In this document: piece after piece, positions 60,430 through 64,000 of the stretch | How the letters are laid out: the number at the start of each line of letters is the position of its first letter | Numbering within the stretch: position 1 is the stretch's first letter | NCBI GenBank assembly: GCA_965263355.1 | Contig: CBDHHL010000032.1 | Coordinates: 3,392,001-3,456,000 of the forward strand | DNA length: 64,000 bases | Origin: Leptolyngbyaceae cyanobacterium | Lineage (GTDB): Bacteria; Cyanobacteriota; Cyanobacteriia; Phormidesmidales; Phormidesmidaceae | Reading direction: 5' to 3' | Program-made: the position numbers and the translations under genes | The notes under the pieces: model-generated | The model's input: the letters and a program-made list of their open reading frames with translations, nothing else | Told to the model about the DNA's origin: nothing | Database searches by the model: none

Positions 60430-63318
60430 TTATGCAAACACAAAGTTGTTGCTGGTCAGTGAATTTACATCTACGCCAACCAGGAGAACAGAGCTATCAT
60501 TACCCAGGACAATCAAGGCATCATTGCCAATCTGGTCAGTGGATCCCAATACAGCTTGAAAATCATTGAAGATCGAGCCAACATCAAGACTGTCATCAGT
60601 GATCGAGAAGTCTGTCACGATGTTGTTTCCAGCAAAGTCTTCAAATGTGAAGGTATCAAGGCCTAAACCTCCGGTTAGAAGATCATCATCTCCACCTCCA
60701 TTGAGGTTGTCGTTGCCGTCACCGCCAATAATCTCATCATTACCCAAGCCACCATTGACAATTACATCTTCTGAAGAGAGTTGGATAAAGCGATCACTGC
60801 CTGCCCCTAAACGGACGTCACCTTGAAGGGAACCTTCGTTCAAGATGTCGATATTACCCAGTGCGCCATCGGCATCAATGGCAAAACCATTACCGCCACT
60901 AATGGTGCCACTGTTGGTAATTTGACCATCAAAAATAATTCCAGCTTCAATTAGGATGCCTGCTTGTTGTTCCGAGGTGATGACACCATTTAGTTTGTTA
61001 GTGATAGTACCCGTAAATGTTGCTTCACTAAGGCCCGAGCCAACAAATAAACGGATACCGGCAGGGACATTGCGATCGCCTCTACCCTGAATAAAACCGC
61101 TGTTCGTGATATCAGCTGACAAGTCAAGATCATCAATGCCATCACCTAGGCCATTAGCTGTACCAACTTGTACTGAAATACCACTCCCAGCATTGCCTAT
61201 GCCTGCATCGATTGTACCCAACTGATTATTGATGGTGATATTGTCGGCAGTGCCATCTAGGTAAACTGTGCCATTTCGTTGGTTGCCAGTACCCAAAATG
61301 CTACCTTGATTAACCAGGGTAACATTGTCTCCGTCTATGTTAACGGCACGGCTACCGGATTCGATCTGACCAGAATTCACGATCTGTAGGTTATGGTCAG
61401 CGTTGCCAATGTAAAGACCGTTACGAGGCCCAGAGATCAGCTCGGTATTAACAATTTGACCGTCAAACGCCACACCATCTTCGATGACTACTCCACCTAA
61501 AAAGCCAGTATTGACGTCAGCGGTAATGGTGCCTTGGTTAACCACTGAACCAGAAACAATGGCGTCAGGCTGACCTGAACCATTGAAAAATCGTAGGCCA
61601 CTGGACCCATTCGACGCCACCCGAGCACCCTCGGCAAAGACCTCAGCCCCATCGCCCCGACCCTGGAGAAGTCCGCTATTGATGATGTTAATATTTTCAC
61701 TACTGGGGTCTTCAGCCGTGCCAACTTGAACAGAAATGGCATCGCCCAGATTACCTTCACCGGCATCAATGAGGCCTTGGTTATTGACAGTGATGTTGTC
61801 GCCAGTACCATCGATATAGACAGTGCCATTGCGTTGGTTGCCCGTGCCCACGATACTGCCTTGGTTTGAGAGAGTGACATTATCACCGTCTAAGTTGACA
61901 GCACGGCTGCCAGACTGAATTTGGCCAGAATTTAGCACTAAGAGATCGTGTTCGGCATTACCAATGTAGAGACCATTACGAGGGCCAGAGATTAAGTCAC
62001 TGTTAGTAATGCGGCCATCAAAGGCCACACCATCTTCAATGACTAAACCACCTAAAAAGCCAGTATTAACGTCAGCGGTGATGGTGCCTCGATTAATCAC
62101 TGAGCCAGAGACAGTGGCTTCAGATGCCCCCGAGCCATTAAAAAAGCGCAAACCACTGGAACCGTTTGATGCTACGCGAGCACCACTGGCAAACACATCC
62201 GGTCCATCGCCTCGCCCCTGGAGGAGGCCACTATTGACGATGTTAATAGCTTCACTGCTTGGGTCACCTGTGGCACCCACTTGAACAGAAATGGCATCGC
62301 CCAGATTGCCTTCACCTGCGTCAATCAGACCCTGGTTGTTTACAGTAACGTTGTCGGCAGTGCCATCCAGATAGATAGTGCCATTGCGCTGGTCGCCAGC
62401 GCCCACGATGTTGCCTTGATTGAGTAGGGTAACGTTATCCCCATCTAGGTTGACAACACGGCTACCCGACTCAATCTGACCAGAGTTGACGATTCGGAGA
62501 TTATGGTCAGCATTGCCAATGTAGAGACCGTTGCGAGGACCAGAGATCAGCCCGCTATTGGTAATGTTGCCATCAAAGGCCACGCCATCTTCAACAACCA
62601 GTCCCCCTAAAAAGCCAACATTGACTTCGGCAGTAATGGTGCCTCGGTTGGTCACTGAACCAGAGATGATTGACTCAGGTTGGCCCGAACCATTGAAAAA
62701 GCGTAGTCCGCTAGAGCCATTGGCTGCCACACGACTACCATTGGCAAAGACGTCAGGTCCATCACCCCGCCCTTGTAATAGCCCATTATTGGTAATGTTA
62801 ATATTTTCATTGCTAAGATCGCCAACAGCACCAACTTGGACAGATACGGCATCACCTAAGTTGCCCTCACCGGCATCGATGATGCCACTATTTAATAATC
62901 GCAGGTCATCGACGGTGCCATCTACATAGAGCGTGCCATTACGTTGATTACCTGTGCCTAAAATGTTGCCTGTATTTAAGATAAAAATGCCATCGCCGTC
63001 ACTGAGATCAACAGCACGGCTGCTAGATTGTATGGTGCCAAGATTTAATAATCTCAGATTATCTCCAGTGGAGCTGACACCATTTAAGTCTCCGGCAATA
63101 GAGCCTAAATTAAAAATAACAGCATTATCGCCACTAGCTTGAACAGCTGTGTTACCTGGATCCGATGCTGCAAGTGAGCCATTTGCTAGAACTGCTAATA
63201 ACGCCTGGTTGCCAGAGATATCGACAGCGGGTACACCCACCGAAGCTTGAAGATCTTCAAGAACAACTTCGACATCATTATCTAAGAGAGTAATAGAATT
63301 AGTAAGTTCGTTGGCCAT
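60430..63318 (-). CDS. large Gly/Asn-rich repetitive secreted protein with C-terminal RTX (hemolysin-type Ca-binding) repeats
   Basis: Internal 185-aa repeats. GGxGND nonapeptides and ...VTDF...FVFA at the C-terminus. No N-terminal signal peptide. Confidence 0.85.
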   Translation of the reverse strand: MANELTNSITLLDNDVEVVLEDLQASVGVPAVDISGNQALLAVLANGSLAASDPGNTAVQASGDNAVIFNLGSIAGDLNGVSSTGDNLRLLNLGTIQSSSRAVDLSDGDGIFILNTGNILGTGNQRNGTLYVDGTVDDLRLLNSGIIDAGEGNLGDAVSVQVGAVGDLSNENINITNNGLLQGRGDGPDVFANGSRVAANGSSGLRFFNGSGQPESIISGSVTNRGTITAEVNVGFLGGLVVEDGVAFDGNITNSGLISGPRNGLYIGNADHNLRIVNSGQIESGSRVVNLDGDNVTLLNQGNIVGAGDQRNGTIYLDGTADNVTVNNQGLIDAGEGNLGDAISVQVGATGDPSSEAINIVNSGLLQGRGDGPDVFASGARVASNGSSGLRFFNGSGASEATVSGSVINRGTITADVNTGFLGGLVIEDGVAFDGRITNSDLISGPRNGLYIGNAEHDLLVLNSGQIQSGSRAVNLDGDNVTLSNQGSIVGTGNQRNGTVYIDGTGDNITVNNQGLIDAGEGNLGDAISVQVGTAEDPSSENINIINSGLLQGRGDGAEVFAEGARVASNGSSGLRFFNGSGQPDAIVSGSVVNQGTITADVNTGFLGGVVIEDGVAFDGQIVNTELISGPRNGLYIGNADHNLQIVNSGQIESGSRAVNIDGDNVTLVNQGSILGTGNQRNGTVYLDGTADNITINNQLGTIDAGIGNAGSGISVQVGTANGLGDGIDDLDLSADITNSGFIQGRGDRNVPAGIRLFVGSGLSEATFTGTITNKLNGVITSEQQAGILIEAGIIFDGQITNSGTISGGNGFAIDADGALGNIDILNEGSLQGDVRLGAGSDRFIQLSSEDVIVNGGLGNDEIIGGDGNDNLNGGGDDDLLTGGLGLDTFTFEDFAGNNIVTDFSITDDSLDVGSIFNDFQAVLGSTDQIGNDALIVLGNDSSVLLVGVDVNSLTSNNFVFA

Positions 63319-63786
63319 GATTAAATGCCTCTAATGGAGTTGTTTAATCTGTTGCTATGGAATTAACAGATTTTGTTTACCTCTGCATCGTAAAAAGGCA
63401 GAGGTGAATACTGCTTGAGGCATAGGGCCTAAATTAAGACTAGGCCTAAAGACCTAACTCTCACTTTTATGTCAGCCTTGGAAAATATGAGAACTTTAAA
63501 GAAGAAATCTGCGGCATATCCAAGCAGGGGCTAATCTAAATCTCATTCCCAAAAAGTCTTTCTAAGCTAACACTCATCTAAAATGCTCGATTTTTGATTG
63601 GCTCGTTCAAAACAATTAAAGACTAAAAAGTCTATGCCCTTAGCTGACAAATAATTATCTTGAGCACAGTACTTTCTCAGTTGCTATTCATCTATCCTCA
63701 AAAGTTCAAATTCATACTATATGTTGTCGGGAAAGCACAAACTTTTCTTGATTCTTCTGGTGACGTTACAAAGGATGATGGCATAC

Positions 63787-64000
63787 ATGTTGCAATCAAA
63801 GGGGCCAATCCGAATTTTAATTGCAGATGATGAAGATATCATTCGTTATGGTTTGAGCGCGATGCTGCAATGTGAAACGGCCATAGAGATCGTTGGTGAA
63901 GCTTGTAATGGTCAGGAGGCAATTGCTCAAGCGCAGCAACTGGAGCCTGATATCGTGTTGATGGATATCACTATGCCTCTGATGGATGGGGTGACTGCAA
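63787..64000 (+). CDS. NarL/FixJ-type response regulator, 3'-truncated by the window edge (not in the ORF track)
   Basis: Manual translation: MLQSKGPIRILIADDEDIIRYGL...IVGEACNGQEAI...PDIVLMDITMPLMDGVTA. Confidence 0.88.
   Translation, partial: MLQSKGPIRILIADDEDIIRYGLSAMLQCETAIEIVGEACNGQEAIAQAQQLEPDIVLMDITMPLMDGVTA

Overview
Chromosomal window from a cyanobacterium. Evidence: frequent HIP1 octamer GCGATCGC, the pipX-pipY-sepF-proC cluster, plmA, bciB, a CpcT-like lyase, a Tab2 protein, and pentapeptide and Uma2 proteins. It is mostly housekeeping and typical cyanobacterial genes (bioA, ispE, rsmA, nadK, plsY, proC, pabB/trpE-like, ecfT, der, coaD, cdv3, ruvA, rnc, miaE). I found no rRNA, tRNA, CRISPR array, integrase or transposase. 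The best candidate for an undescribed system is a translationally coupled pair at 50792-52404: a Cap4/DUF4297-like PD-(D/E)xK nuclease followed by a degenerate uracil-phosphoribosyltransferase-fold protein, possibly a nucleotide-sensing defence or toxin-antitoxin module. It lies in an accessory-looking segment (about 48.3-52.4 kb) that also carries a roadblock-like plus globin/phycobiliprotein-like gene pair. Other points: a dispersed ~72-bp inverted-repeat element (5 copies, one with compensatory stem changes), two copies of which bracket a divergent PII paralog lacking Ser49; a frameshift inside a 21-bp tandem repeat of a Uma2 gene; several coding tandem repeats; GTAG-type REP-like palindromes; a MerR-type promoter driving uncharacterised genes; and a secreted protein with 555-bp internal repeats. 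All protein family calls come from motif recognition, not database searches.
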